61,100 bases of DNA from positions 1 through 61,100 of the IMG/VR virus record IMGVR_UViG_3300021962_000107. One strand, written 5' to 3'. This DNA comes from a virus (lineage: Duplodnaviria > Caudoviricetes). Positions 35,801 to 44,992 of this stretch are shown here, one piece after another. Below the pieces are notes generated by a model. It saw only the letters and a program-made list of their open reading frames with translations. It was not told the origin of the DNA and made no database searches. How positions within the stretch are numbered: the first letter of the stretch is position 1; each line of letters opens with the position of its first letter. A program made the translations under genes and the position numbers.

Positions 35801-36213
35801 ACAAGGGATCAAATGAACCAGCTCCAGCACTAAGAATGAATTATGGAAGCATCGTTCCAGGAATTGGAATGACGGATAAAGTTCCAGCTTTGTTAACCCC
35901 TGGAGAATTTGTTGTTAGAAAGCGTGTTGCAGATAAGAACAAGCCTCTACTAGAAGCTTTAAATAGTCAAGTATTTCCTGGAATAGGAAAGGGTATGTCT
36001 GCTCCAACATATTCTATTCCACAAAGTTCTGTATCAAATATGCCAATTAACAATACAACTCTTAACTCAACCTCTTCACCAATGTATAATAGTACATATA
36101 ACGTAAATGTAAATGTATCTGGAACTAATGCATCTCCAGATGATATTGCAAATGTAGTTATGGCAAAACTTTCTCAGCAAAATAGAGGGACTTTAAGGAG
36201 TAGTAGATATTAA
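29899..36213 (+). CDS. Tape measure protein
   Basis: 2104 aa, Ala/Gly/Gln-rich helical sequence; hydrophobic segments; coiled coils; follows the chaperone genes. Confidence 0.92.
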   Translation: MAEVAKGIIDIEINTGSAASQLQSLQAQINAFNLALNKSNKAQGTFAAEYSKELQNAINKTGLFTAETIRLSTAAATLDKTLSKGKTTLGQFFSAKFNKDSAIAAETMALAAERAKRLQTQFIATSGAANGFQEAIAVRPLAAFSSEAAVAAQRTQILSNMFKQGTTQLVNFGKNVQWAGRQLMVGFTVPLTIFGSVAGKTFMDLEKQAVAFKKVYGDIFTTPAELDKNLEAVKGLAAEYTKYGIAVKDTIGLAAQAAAAGRQNADLTDAVSQATRLATLGQMDQNAALETTISLQSAFRLSGKDLADTINFLNMVENQTVVSLQDIAAAIPRVAPVIQGLGGNVKDLTVFLAAMQEGGVDAAEGANALKSGLASLINPTKQATEMLSGMGINLQSIIEANKGDLMGTVRSFAQALSSLDQFSRQQALEQVFGKFQYAKLGALFDNISRKGSQAQQVIETMGYSTEQLGATADKELKTIEESFGVQLTGAVERFKLAIAPIGQLFVQLAIPVVNFITKIVEGFNGLTEGQKKFTAIAAVIVGVVVPAVTMLTGLFLNLVGTLAKMTQGMALFSKGFITGGPIGAFKALTQSSKYLSLSEMDAAMAAQQLSGASQVLNATLIEQVGTANAAAAAIANLTKAYSAMAATQGAAGGLPSFGVASAAGTNAAKGVKTGGIRIRGLRRNTGGGVPGVGNTDTVPAMLTPGEFVVNKKATSQNLGLLKAINNGGIQKFSQGGNVLDEIAAVRAIGFGATGSIPSIRRNPAQRAVSIGGMFSEFARSLMVARLNQRSGFGGFRRVNLRGRSASGRISGSSNTSYSGTQGGSGYKPYTASRIENIIDSSFDEYGGAAARSQLVSGLTRQEGQRSSSLVFGHAVTPEFLSSTQGIGAQFGTRGSYPRANVSQLRGRIFGTSARDVSSDALLDILPSTGAVIPQRFNSQLGRGSGAPAQGFGKAEWFHEIELIEFLKQRGVPAQNIVKAAKRAAELKNRFFRNYNGNIDEQTWGRIQNAAERQAILQLNSGGSVPGTGNRDTVPAMLTPGEFVVNKKAASQNQGILEMMNGGKVKGYEDGGQVVAGRGSRILSRAKGVAGGLGISSMAGSALGYAVGGNTGALIGSIIGPMLAKPAKLVGLQLLKLGVPVLSATAGFALAGFAIYKLNKSLNDAQKSGAKLSDAMYGSAEKTKAMGEAFGRESYAQASRRMAVEKAGGQEITQEAQAASSEFLKTDAATQMKKDLELVKKSGEDVALALRNQLASSIIAGVISPEEAKAIAIDMGKELKDQKLAVNVAGQLSSLLGPNGEKLLTDPTGIVIAITPQIDKNKVKNDAQDAYNELNPLQAFGQFFKGGKEEFIRNFSIETISSQNASALAKEAEARAMLNAQVQEGTITLEQYIKAVGSLGEASKSSQKAVADANAQALGFADVAAMNSAANRMSDRQKQLDTNTGANGQTLTVEQRNQLLNEGSQDIAGKQALESANKIKEQLRTILLESGYEDAAAQSIINGVEQGLASGRVGDAAGLFAKVISGELRATDVEMVARLKLEGNLDQAGLDDLIAKIDILRTDPEVDLKFNFNSTNTSKDINDIFALYDKLQKTPDITKKMFAEDKYTSVFKQFGIDYNKIAALPDLEQAIVTTNLQRYVDYRAIIVKDRATDPGEVARDLRILEDTLGKNIRSTFGTNSGVDKQQDFSGFGSGSGGGSGKANELKKMLMERFRLQEMLIDKEAEGFNNRVKQLNREIELEERQVSLRQKALDDLSKKEEEVNKAYDLRVEALDKVSESNSRISEQQRAATDLASALASGDIAGAANITSEMQQQSAQYQIEDARAALEEQRQKALESLTISVNGQLMTRKDIEFQIETIQNRIYDKGLLVQGLQDKLLVLEDKKLAVAKEREKVETRLYLLEQRKAILDLTKGKGGKLNKSELALLAEYKSAYNQIADMYNASNPGAQVKKVNYGGTIRKMAFGGIAYKGSNEPAPALRMNYGSIVPGIGMTDKVPALLTPGEFVVRKRVADKNKPLLEALNSQVFPGIGKGMSAPTYSIPQSSVSNMPINNTTLNSTSSPMYNSTYNVNVNVSGTNASPDDIANVVMAKLSQQNRGTLRSSRY
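31942..35925 (+). repeat. Three dispersed copies of G.VPG.G..D.VPA.LTPGEFVV in the tape measure protein
   Basis: Copies at about 31942-32037, 32950-33042 and 35836-35925. Confidence 0.85.
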
Positions 36214-36800
36214 TGGTTAGTAGTGCATATTTAAGTGCTAGAAAAAAGTGGATAAGACCACAAGCAATTGTTTTCTCTAATAACTCTGGAGGAATTTTGG
36301 ATGGTGTCCCACAAATTTCTGGAACTGAAAGAGAAGACTTTATTATTCTTTCTGATCACAATAGAAGTGAAATTTCATTTAATACTAATAGACTTGAGAA
36401 TAGAAAAAGAATGGTAAATGGTCATATGCGTTCTTATCATATTGCAGATAAAATGAACATATCTTTTTCTTACAATCTACTCCCTTCAAGATCTTTTGAT
36501 GGAGATCCAGAATTTAACAGCAATGGTGTTGCAACAATATCAGGTCTGTCAGAATATACAGCAGATGGTGGTGCTGGTGGTGCAGAATTGTTAGATTGGT
36601 ATAGTTCTAACCCTGGCTCTTTTTATGTATTTTTATCTTATGACAAACCACAAAACTTTTCTGTGGGTATTTATGATAAACTTGACAAATATTCAGATGT
36701 CCTAGAAGTTTTTATCTCAAACTTTAGCTATAATGTTGTAAAAAGAGGTGGAACTAACCACGACCTTTGGGATATTTCTATTTCTCTTGAGGAAGTATAA
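36213..36800 (+). CDS. Distal-tail-like minor tail protein
   Basis: Immediately after the tape measure gene; RMVNGHMRSY...WDISISLEEV. Confidence 0.6.
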   Translation: MVSSAYLSARKKWIRPQAIVFSNNSGGILDGVPQISGTEREDFIILSDHNRSEISFNTNRLENRKRMVNGHMRSYHIADKMNISFSYNLLPSRSFDGDPEFNSNGVATISGLSEYTADGGAGGAELLDWYSSNPGSFYVFLSYDKPQNFSVGIYDKLDKYSDVLEVFISNFSYNVVKRGGTNHDLWDISISLEEV

Positions 36801-39800
36801 TGTTTTCAGATAGTGACCTAATAAATCATCTTCAAACAAAAAATAGTATTGATGTTGATTCTTTAATTATTGCTGAGTGGAATCAAAATGATTTACTTAA
36901 TCTACAGGATTATGGAAATTATAGATATAGACCAGACAGTGCAAGTGTTGTTTTTAGAACTCTTTATCCAGAATATGATTCTCAGGATAGTGCAAACGTT
37001 TACACCAATGCTTTAGAGTCAACAACTATTTCTCAATATAGAACAGATGATCCAAACGATCCATTAACTTTTATTAAAACAGAAACTAGTAGAGAGCTTT
37101 ACTATTCATTAAAAGATTGTATAAAACCATTCAGACCAAGGTCTGGTATAAATAAGATTCTATACTTTGGAGAATCTAATGTTAACAATACAAAGTTTGT
37201 TGACAGTATTAGATCTGGAAAAAGACCAAGATACTACTTTTCTTCAAGATTTGATAAATTTAAGTATTGGAATTCTTATAGAAAAGAATCTGGACAAGAG
37301 TTTGGAATATCAAGTACTGCATCAACAGCCTTTGTTCAGGGGGATGTTTCATATAAAATAGAAGATTGTGCCCCTTTTGTTGTTTACAAAAATGACGTTG
37401 CAGCTAACAGAATAGTTGTAAAAATGCAAACCAATCTAGCAGACCCATCAGCAGTTGGAATAAATGGAGAATTTTTGGTTCCTGGAAGAATCAGAAGTAA
37501 TAATAATTTATTTATAGATCCACTTCAAGATGTAACAAAATCATCTGTTCCAAAAAGATGGAAAATTCAATATCTTGATTCAAATAATAACTGGATAAAT
37601 GCTATATCTTTTAATGAAACTTCAACAAGAAAAGATGGTTCAAGGATTGTCCCTTGGGATGGTCATGTAGAAATTTATTATGGTATAAAAATACCTGAAG
37701 CATTTAAGACAAATTTTCATCTATATGGATATTTAGATACAGTTGATCAGCTACCAGATGCAATTTATATAAATAGAAATATTGTAAGTGGAGACGCATA
37801 TATAGTTGGAAGTTCAACAACACAACCAGGAACTTTATATATTTGGAATGAAGGTGATCAAGAATGGACTACACATGCTGTAGAGTATGGATTTTCACTA
37901 TTAGAAGATGATGATACAAAAAGAGTTGGACTAATTAAAAAAATACTAAATCCAGACTACTTTGTCACTGAAGGTGCTAATACATATAGAGATTTTGTTT
38001 TTATTAAGGGAATTAGGGTTGTTGTAGAAACCATGTATGCTCCAAACAAACCATTTGATTTAATTGAATTATCTCCAAGACTAAAAGTTGATATAACAGA
38101 CTATGTTTTAGACTATGAAATAAATAAAAATCTCATGGCAACAGATTTTGGATTACCAGTTGGTGGGCTAGTAGCTTCTACAGGTGGGATTAATTTATCA
38201 AATCATGATGGTGTATTTACAGAATTAAATACATTTAACACAGCCACTAAGACTGGAAGTATAATTGCAAATAATCTTAAGCCACAAATAAAATTTGATT
38301 TTTACGAATCTGTATTAGATGTAAATGGATATGATAAGTTTATTCCATTAAAAACTTTTTATTCAGAAAATGCTGCAATTGCAACAAGTGGTATGCAAGA
38401 TGTTTCCTTAAATTTAAGAGATGCATATTTTATTTTAGAATCAAATAATGCTGCTCCAATATTTTTACAAAACTGTACCTTGACTATGGCAGTTGCACTT
38501 CTTTTAGACAATATTGGTTTTAGTAATTATGTGTTTAAGAGTATTAATACTGCAAATGATCCAGTAGTTCCATTCTTCTTTATTGAGCCAGACGCTTCAG
38601 TTGCAGAAGTATTACAAAGACTTGCACAGGCAACTCAGACAGCAATGTTCTTTGATGAATATAATAACTTTGTAGTTATGCCAAAAGAATATTTAATGCC
38701 AGACATTTCAGTAAGAGATGATAACTCTGCTATTTCTGAAAGACTTACAACACTCTATGGACAAAAGACTGGAAATATTGTTCCAAATATTGAAGCCGTT
38801 GGAGGATTTGAAACAAAAATTTTAAATGATGGAAAAATTAACTATACAACAAGATATATTCAAAGAGAAGTTTCAAGACTAGAACAGGCAAGTTTAAGTT
38901 TAAATGAAAGAACCTATGGATATAAGAGTGCAATTCTTTGGGAGCTTGGAGATCAAAAAGAGCTAAGAACTATAAATCAACCAACAGCAGACGTAGGGTA
39001 TGCACTTGGAGCAGTCCCACTTGGAACCAGTCTTGGAAGTGTTGTCCCATATGTAGAAAATTATGAGATTAAAAATAATACAATAGATGTTGGAGAAAGT
39101 GCTTTTTGGCTTCCAAGATTCCAGGGATACTTGTATGCAAATGGAGAAATTATCAGATATGATGCACAAGAATATCACGTTACTGCTACTGGAAATGTTT
39201 GGATTTCAAGTAATAATGAATATCAAAAATACTTTTCAAAACTTCCATTTAATGGAAAAATGATTCTTACTGGAAACCTTAGAATTTATACAGAACCATA
39301 TTATGAAAATGCTTCAGGTGCAAACTTTGAAGGTATAGAAGAAAATGTTAGATATAAAAATGGTCCAGTAAAAACTCATGGTAGAGGACAGTTTGGAACA
39401 ACCATAACAAGTCATTCTGCAGGTCTAAATCCATACTGGGAAAATGTTGACAATAGGCAGTCTTTTAGAATGGACTCAAGTAAAATTTTTGATACAAAGC
39501 CATTAGAATTATTGCCAAAGCCTCCAGTATCAGGATCTACACTAGGATCACCGCTTGGAAATGATACAGTTTCTAGAGATCAGTCTTCTATAACTAGCAA
39601 AATTGCTAACTTTATGAAAAAATCTACAAGAACGGAAGGATTTTCTAGCTATAGACAGCAAGATGTTGCAGGAATTCAATCCTCTGCTTTAATTTTTAAT
39701 GGACCATATCCAGTTCCATCATTTACAGGGGGGTCTTCACCAACTGATTTAGTTAACTATGTTTATAAAGATTTAGATACAGACTATAGACATGTTGGAA

Positions 39801-41290
39801 CTAGAATGAGAATTCTTGGAAAGCAAAAAGATGATAAGACTCAATCTGCACTAAACTCTATTGAGTTTTATAAGGTAAATATTCCTGGTGCAAACTCAAA
39901 TATTACAGAGCTTTCTGGAGGCTCTGGAGGAATTGGGTACATGATTGATCCAGCAACAAATTCTGGATACTATCTTGAAATAGCTTCTCTTTCCTCAGAT
40001 GTATTATCTTATTTTGGTTCAGATAGAACTCTGTATACTGTAAGTGGAAGCACTGTTACTGCTTCTACAGTTTCTGCTTCTACCACCTTTACAGATGTTA
40101 TTGAAAATATAATACTTTATAAAGTTGAAAAAACTCCTTACTTATCTCCAGAACCTGGAAAAGAAAACATTGCAGTTCCTAGAAAACTATGGGGATCTCT
40201 TGCAAGAATTCTTGTTGATGAAGGCAAGTTTATTGGATCTGATAGATTAACTTCTCAAGAAATTCCAGTTTATGATTTAGCACTAGATGTAGAAAGATCT
40301 CCAGATGGTTCTAGAATAGATTTCTCAATATATTTAAATAATAAATTAATTGGAAAAGTAAGTGATACAAGTCCTTTAAACATGCCACAGTCTGGACTAA
40401 AGGCAGGACTATTTACAAGAGGTTCAAGTAAGTGTATGTTTGAAAACATATATGCTTTAAAAAATAAAGTAGAAAATGATCCACCAATAAGTGAGAAGCT
40501 TAGCGAGGATATTTCTGCTGAATCTTTGAGAAAATATTCTGTTCCATCTTTTGTTCAAAAAACATTCCTGTCTTCTATTGGAACTGAAACAAGACCAACT
40601 GTAGATTTTTACTTTGAAGAATTTGGAACAATATTAAGAGAATGTGCATATTTTAATATTAAATATGATCAAGCCTATCCAGCCTTAATTGCAAAACTTG
40701 TTCCCCCATTCACTACTGAAAAATCATACCAGATATCTGGATTTTTGCCAGGATCTTATGGTGCTGAGTTTTTAATATTTAATACTACAGACAAGGCTAT
40801 TGATCTTAGTGAAAGTTCTACAAATAGAATTATGATTCAAGGAATTACTTTTACTCAAAATATCTCTAATGTGTTAACAGTAGATGACTACTTTAAAGAA
40901 TTATCAAACTTCTCTGACCCAGTTCTTACAAGTAATAACCTAATTGTTTCTCCAGGAAGGTCCGAAAAGATTTATGATAATATTAAAAATAGCAGGGCTA
41001 TTTATGGGAATAAATCATTTTCTTTAGATTCTGTATATATTCAAAATGAAGATTCTGCAAAAGATATTATGAAGTGGATTTTAGATAAAACAATTAGACC
41101 AAGAAAAGTATTTGAATTAGACACATTTGGAACGCCACATGTACAGCTTGGAGATATTATTAAAATTAACTTTGATTTACCAGAAGGTGTTAAAATGGTA
41201 GATGAAAATAAAAAATTTGTTGTAATATCTGCCCAGTATGGAAGATCTTCTTCAAATGTTAAAAGCCAATTAAGGATTATGGAGGTTTAA
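36800..41290 (+). CDS. Large tail tip/hub protein
   Basis: 1496 aa; VAEVLQRLAQATQTAMFFDE and PHVQLGDIIKI hub-like motifs; synteny. Confidence 0.65.
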   Translation: MFSDSDLINHLQTKNSIDVDSLIIAEWNQNDLLNLQDYGNYRYRPDSASVVFRTLYPEYDSQDSANVYTNALESTTISQYRTDDPNDPLTFIKTETSRELYYSLKDCIKPFRPRSGINKILYFGESNVNNTKFVDSIRSGKRPRYYFSSRFDKFKYWNSYRKESGQEFGISSTASTAFVQGDVSYKIEDCAPFVVYKNDVAANRIVVKMQTNLADPSAVGINGEFLVPGRIRSNNNLFIDPLQDVTKSSVPKRWKIQYLDSNNNWINAISFNETSTRKDGSRIVPWDGHVEIYYGIKIPEAFKTNFHLYGYLDTVDQLPDAIYINRNIVSGDAYIVGSSTTQPGTLYIWNEGDQEWTTHAVEYGFSLLEDDDTKRVGLIKKILNPDYFVTEGANTYRDFVFIKGIRVVVETMYAPNKPFDLIELSPRLKVDITDYVLDYEINKNLMATDFGLPVGGLVASTGGINLSNHDGVFTELNTFNTATKTGSIIANNLKPQIKFDFYESVLDVNGYDKFIPLKTFYSENAAIATSGMQDVSLNLRDAYFILESNNAAPIFLQNCTLTMAVALLLDNIGFSNYVFKSINTANDPVVPFFFIEPDASVAEVLQRLAQATQTAMFFDEYNNFVVMPKEYLMPDISVRDDNSAISERLTTLYGQKTGNIVPNIEAVGGFETKILNDGKINYTTRYIQREVSRLEQASLSLNERTYGYKSAILWELGDQKELRTINQPTADVGYALGAVPLGTSLGSVVPYVENYEIKNNTIDVGESAFWLPRFQGYLYANGEIIRYDAQEYHVTATGNVWISSNNEYQKYFSKLPFNGKMILTGNLRIYTEPYYENASGANFEGIEENVRYKNGPVKTHGRGQFGTTITSHSAGLNPYWENVDNRQSFRMDSSKIFDTKPLELLPKPPVSGSTLGSPLGNDTVSRDQSSITSKIANFMKKSTRTEGFSSYRQQDVAGIQSSALIFNGPYPVPSFTGGSSPTDLVNYVYKDLDTDYRHVGTRMRILGKQKDDKTQSALNSIEFYKVNIPGANSNITELSGGSGGIGYMIDPATNSGYYLEIASLSSDVLSYFGSDRTLYTVSGSTVTASTVSASTTFTDVIENIILYKVEKTPYLSPEPGKENIAVPRKLWGSLARILVDEGKFIGSDRLTSQEIPVYDLALDVERSPDGSRIDFSIYLNNKLIGKVSDTSPLNMPQSGLKAGLFTRGSSKCMFENIYALKNKVENDPPISEKLSEDISAESLRKYSVPSFVQKTFLSSIGTETRPTVDFYFEEFGTILRECAYFNIKYDQAYPALIAKLVPPFTTEKSYQISGFLPGSYGAEFLIFNTTDKAIDLSESSTNRIMIQGITFTQNISNVLTVDDYFKELSNFSDPVLTSNNLIVSPGRSEKIYDNIKNSRAIYGNKSFSLDSVYIQNEDSAKDIMKWILDKTIRPRKVFELDTFGTPHVQLGDIIKINFDLPEGVKMVDENKKFVVISAQYGRSSSNVKSQLRIMEV

Positions 41291-41291
41291 A

Positions 41292-42275
41292 ATGCCAGGC
41301 GAAAATTCAGGTCCAGCAGGAGCGGCAAATACTAGGAGAACTTCTCCTCCACCACCACCTCCACCAAGGAAAAGTCCACCCCCTCCACCTCCTCCTCCAC
41401 CAAGGAAGACACCTCCGCCACCACCGCCACCACCCCCACCGCCTCCACCAAGAAGCGACTCCGTTCAAGCAGCACAAGCTGCTGCAAGACTTGCCTCTCC
41501 ACCACCTCCTCCAAGAAGCGACTCCGTTCAAGCAGCACAAGCTGCTGCAAAGGCTTCTGCACAAGTTACGGCAGAAGCAGCAAAGTATGCTGAAGCTGGA
41601 CCAAACTTTAAAGGAGCTGGAGTAACTCCATATTTAGATAAAAATGGAAATGTAACACCAATAAGTACTAGCTCAGGACCATCAAAAACACCTCCACCAC
41701 CTCCAGCAGTGGATGATTTTGTAGAAGTTCTTAAAATAATGGATCCAACCCCAGAGCCACCAATGACAATTATGCCAGTTCCTGACTCTGTTGTAAAAAT
41801 TGCAACAAGAAATGTTACAGATATTTCTTCATTAGTTCCACAATTTGATCCAGAATATATTAAGAAAATATTGTTTGAAAATCTTTCTGCAATAGAGTTA
41901 TCAATAGTTGAAAGACACGATACAATTGAGGGAATTAATCAAAGGTATTCTATTATTTCTAACCTTTCTGAAATAAGAGAAAAATATGATGTAGCTAAAC
42001 AATTAACTGTTATGGACAAGTTTAAGCCACTAACAAAAATTTTTACTATTAATATTGAAGATAAAATTCCTCAAGAAGACTATCTTGTATTAGAAGGTCT
42101 TGACTCTACCTATCAATACCTTGATCAAAATAATAATATAGTTACTCGTGAAAAGGGGTATTATTATATTGACACTAATGGAGACCTTGTTATAGAGTTA
42201 ATAAACTTAGAAAAAAACCAGGAAGTAGAGATTTTGATAGACACAAATGGTACAATATATAGGATGGAATCATGA
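41292..42275 (+). CDS. Minor tail-region protein with an extensin-like Pro-rich N-terminus
   Basis: SP7-RK-SP9-RK-TP13 tracts; duplicated RSDSVQAAQAAA; globular C-terminal half. Confidence 0.7.
   Translation: MPGENSGPAGAANTRRTSPPPPPPPRKSPPPPPPPPPRKTPPPPPPPPPPPPPRSDSVQAAQAAARLASPPPPPRSDSVQAAQAAAKASAQVTAEAAKYAEAGPNFKGAGVTPYLDKNGNVTPISTSSGPSKTPPPPPAVDDFVEVLKIMDPTPEPPMTIMPVPDSVVKIATRNVTDISSLVPQFDPEYIKKILFENLSAIELSIVERHDTIEGINQRYSIISNLSEIREKYDVAKQLTVMDKFKPLTKIFTINIEDKIPQEDYLVLEGLDSTYQYLDQNNNIVTREKGYYYIDTNGDLVIELINLEKNQEVEILIDTNGTIYRMES
41448..41550 (+). repeat. Identical 40-nt direct repeat, 63 nt apart
   Basis: ccaagaagcgactccgttcaagcagcacaagctgctgcaa at 41448-41487 and 41511-41550. Confidence 0.9.
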
Positions 42276-43426
42276 TTACAACAAATGGAAAAAATATCGT
42301 AGCCAAGTATCTTTTAAACCAGGCTCCAGAATTTGCAAGTCATATTGCAATTGGAGTTGGTGGACAGGCTATATCAACCTCTTCTTCAGTGAGTTTTTCC
42401 AGTGATGCAAGCTCCTTGGGTTTTGAAGTTGCGAGAGTACCAGTTTTATCAAAAGGTCTTTTAAAAGAATTTGATCCACAAACAAATCAATATGTTGAAA
42501 AAATTGTTTTTAAAGCAGAACTTCCAATTGAGCAAAGATTTCAGATTACTGAAATAGGTCTTTATCCAGCAGAAAAAAACATTGTTGCTGGAAATTTTGA
42601 TAGTAGAATTATTTCAACTTTTAGTAACTCAGAGCCTTGGGCATATTCTAATAATTCAAATGACTCTGGAACAGTTTTATACATTGGACCAGTCCCAATT
42701 GATCCAACGAATGTTGGAGATATTGGCATTACAGAACCAGGATGGGATGACTTTATTTTTATAAATAGCAATTCGCCTATTTTTGAATACTCAGATAGAA
42801 TTAATAGAGGGGAGCAGCCAAGATATTTAAACAGGAGCTTGTCTGTTTCTGGTAGCACGTCCGTAGTTTCTGGAGTTTCTGCAAGTTCTTCTTTAATTGA
42901 CGTTTCTAGTAGTGCCTCTTATTATGTTGAAAATAATTCTATTAGTTTAAATTTAGGAAAAAATCTACCAAGTGATGAGGTAAAATTAGCATTTTCATTA
43001 GTTAGTCTTGCTAGAGAAGAAATCAATCCAAGTAATATAAAGATAAGGCTAGAGCTTTTAAATAATTCTGGAGTAAACTCTCCAAAGGCATATGTAAACA
43101 TGTCGCTAACCAATCAAGATATAGCCTCAAAGAGATATCAGATTATTACAAAAACCCTATCTGACTTTACTACCACAGAGAACTTCTCATGGTCCTCAAT
43201 ATCTGGTATAAGAATTTACACATGTATTCATAATAGCTCTAATGTTCCAACTGGAGAACACTTTATATTTTATGATGGAATAAGATTTGAAAATGTATCT
43301 AGTTACAATCCTTTATATTCTTTAGTTGCTGCTGAATATATTAGAACACTAGATGAAAATCCAATTTTAAAGAAAGAAAATTCAACGAGTTATGTAGAGT
43401 ATAGGTTTGGCGTAGGAGTTTCCTAA
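42272..43426 (+). CDS. Minor tail/baseplate protein
   Basis: MITTNGKNIVAKYL...HIAIGVG...ITEIGLY fibre-collar-like N-terminus; TGgTACAAT at 42248-42256 upstream. Confidence 0.6.
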   Translation: MITTNGKNIVAKYLLNQAPEFASHIAIGVGGQAISTSSSVSFSSDASSLGFEVARVPVLSKGLLKEFDPQTNQYVEKIVFKAELPIEQRFQITEIGLYPAEKNIVAGNFDSRIISTFSNSEPWAYSNNSNDSGTVLYIGPVPIDPTNVGDIGITEPGWDDFIFINSNSPIFEYSDRINRGEQPRYLNRSLSVSGSTSVVSGVSASSSLIDVSSSASYYVENNSISLNLGKNLPSDEVKLAFSLVSLAREEINPSNIKIRLELLNNSGVNSPKAYVNMSLTNQDIASKRYQIITKTLSDFTTTENFSWSSISGIRIYTCIHNSSNVPTGEHFIFYDGIRFENVSSYNPLYSLVAAEYIRTLDENPILKKENSTSYVEYRFGVGVS

Positions 43427-44004
43427 TGGCAGAGATTAGAATTCCTGTAGAAAAGTTACCACCACCAGATAAAAATGGAGATCATGCGTTCCAGTTTAGA
43501 ATTATATCTGTGGATAAAAACCAGTGGTCAGCTTGGTCTCAACTTTATATTATAAAAAGTATTGGTCAGTATAGACCTGTTGAGTCAGATGTAACTGCAA
43601 TTATTGCTACTGAAGAAGTTACTATAACATGGGATACTCCAACAATATATAACTATAATTCTGCTTCTATTACAAGTGCATCAATTGCACATAATCATTC
43701 TCAAAACTTTAAACAGCATCCAACAGATATCTTTGTTCAGTGGGGATCAGGCTCTGCCATGGGAAATTTTGAATATCATGAAAGATCAGAAGATGATTCA
43801 ACAAGTATCTTAATGCCAGCATCTTCTGCATCAGTTAGAGTTGTTGGAATTGTAGCATTAAAAGATGTTCCTAGACCGTATACCTTTGAATCAGCATCAG
43901 CTTATCAAATAAGGCTAGACAATTACTTAGGAATTTCTGGGTCCGTTCAAGGAGTCTACGACTTGTTTAAAGTTTTTGATACAGAAGTAGTATCGTTAAC
44001 CTGA
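43426..44004 (+). CDS. Minor tail protein (Ig/FN3-like)
   Basis: FRIISVDKNQWSAWS, VTITWD; four SAS motifs. Confidence 0.5.
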   Translation: MAEIRIPVEKLPPPDKNGDHAFQFRIISVDKNQWSAWSQLYIIKSIGQYRPVESDVTAIIATEEVTITWDTPTIYNYNSASITSASIAHNHSQNFKQHPTDIFVQWGSGSAMGNFEYHERSEDDSTSILMPASSASVRVVGIVALKDVPRPYTFESASAYQIRLDNYLGISGSVQGVYDLFKVFDTEVVSLT

Positions 44005-44010
44005 TATAAT
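44002..44010 (+). promoter_or_regulatory. Extended -10 TGaTATAAT
   Basis: Followed by AGGAG SD and ATG 44026. Confidence 0.6.
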
Positions 44011-44025
44011 TAAGTAGGAGAAAAA

Positions 44026-44460
44026 ATGGCACAAATTGAAACACCAGATAGAGGTCAACCACTTGACATATCGTATATATATAGAGTTGTTAATGAAATT
44101 AATAACATTTCGCAAGTAATTGGAAAAGGTATTTCAAAAATTAAATATAGAGATACCAATACGCCTTCACAGCCTAGAACTGGAGACTTAGCTTTTTATG
44201 CAGAAACTCTAAAAATTGTTGATGCAAACCTTTCCGTACAGCCAAATGCTCCAGCAACATTTGATTTTTCTGGTATTTTTAAGACTGCTCCAGTCGTGGT
44301 TTGCTCAGTAACTGCTGTTACTGGTGTATCAAATCTGTATGCAGTTTTAGAAAAAGTAACGCAGAATGGCTGTAATGTAAACGTATTCTCTTCAGCAACT
44401 TCTGGTGCTTTCTCTGCTGACGTTTCAATTATTGCAATTGGCGAAAGAATTGTATCTTAG
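44026..44460 (+). CDS. Small virion protein with an H-type-lectin-like C-terminus
   Basis: FSGIFKTAPVVVCSV...VTQNGCNV...SIIAIG. Confidence 0.5.
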   Translation: MAQIETPDRGQPLDISYIYRVVNEINNISQVIGKGISKIKYRDTNTPSQPRTGDLAFYAETLKIVDANLSVQPNAPATFDFSGIFKTAPVVVCSVTAVTGVSNLYAVLEKVTQNGCNVNVFSSATSGAFSADVSIIAIGERIVS

Positions 44461-44469
44461 GCAGATAAA

Positions 44470-44982
44470 ATGTCACAGCCACAGGATAAGATAAATCCTT
44501 GTAAAAAGATATTCTTCTTAAACGGGGATCTAATAAAAGTATTTCATATAAATAAAAGTAGCAACATTGTTAACTTTTTTAATGTGACGCAGAATAAAGA
44601 ACAAAGTATGCTGTATTCTGATTTTAAGAAACATAGAAAAAGGGCTTATACAATAGCAAATACTGCAAGACTTTTAAACAGATCAAGGGTTCAGTTTCAA
44701 AGAATTATTGCAAAGGGCTTGATTCCTGAGCCAATAGGTGATAGTATTGGTGGAGAAAGAGGTTTTCAAATTAATGCCTATTATTCTGAAGATCATATTT
44801 TTGAAATTAGGGAAATTATGACAACTATTCATGGTGGTAGACCAAGAAAAGATGGAAGAGTTACCCCAAGAAACGTACTAACAGAGCAAGATTTGCGTTC
44901 CAGAATGGGAGATGCTATAATGCTTTATACGAAGACAAAGGATGGGCGTTTCATCCCAACCTGGCAAGAAGAGACATGGTAG
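44470..44982 (+). CDS. MerR/Xis-like HTH DNA-binding protein
   Basis: YTIANTARLLNRSRVQFQRIIAKGLIPEP...YYSEDHI; AT-hook-like GRPRK. Confidence 0.6.
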   Translation: MSQPQDKINPCKKIFFLNGDLIKVFHINKSSNIVNFFNVTQNKEQSMLYSDFKKHRKRAYTIANTARLLNRSRVQFQRIIAKGLIPEPIGDSIGGERGFQINAYYSEDHIFEIREIMTTIHGGRPRKDGRVTPRNVLTEQDLRSRMGDAIMLYTKTKDGRFIPTWQEETW

Positions 44983-44992
44983 GAGACCAAAT

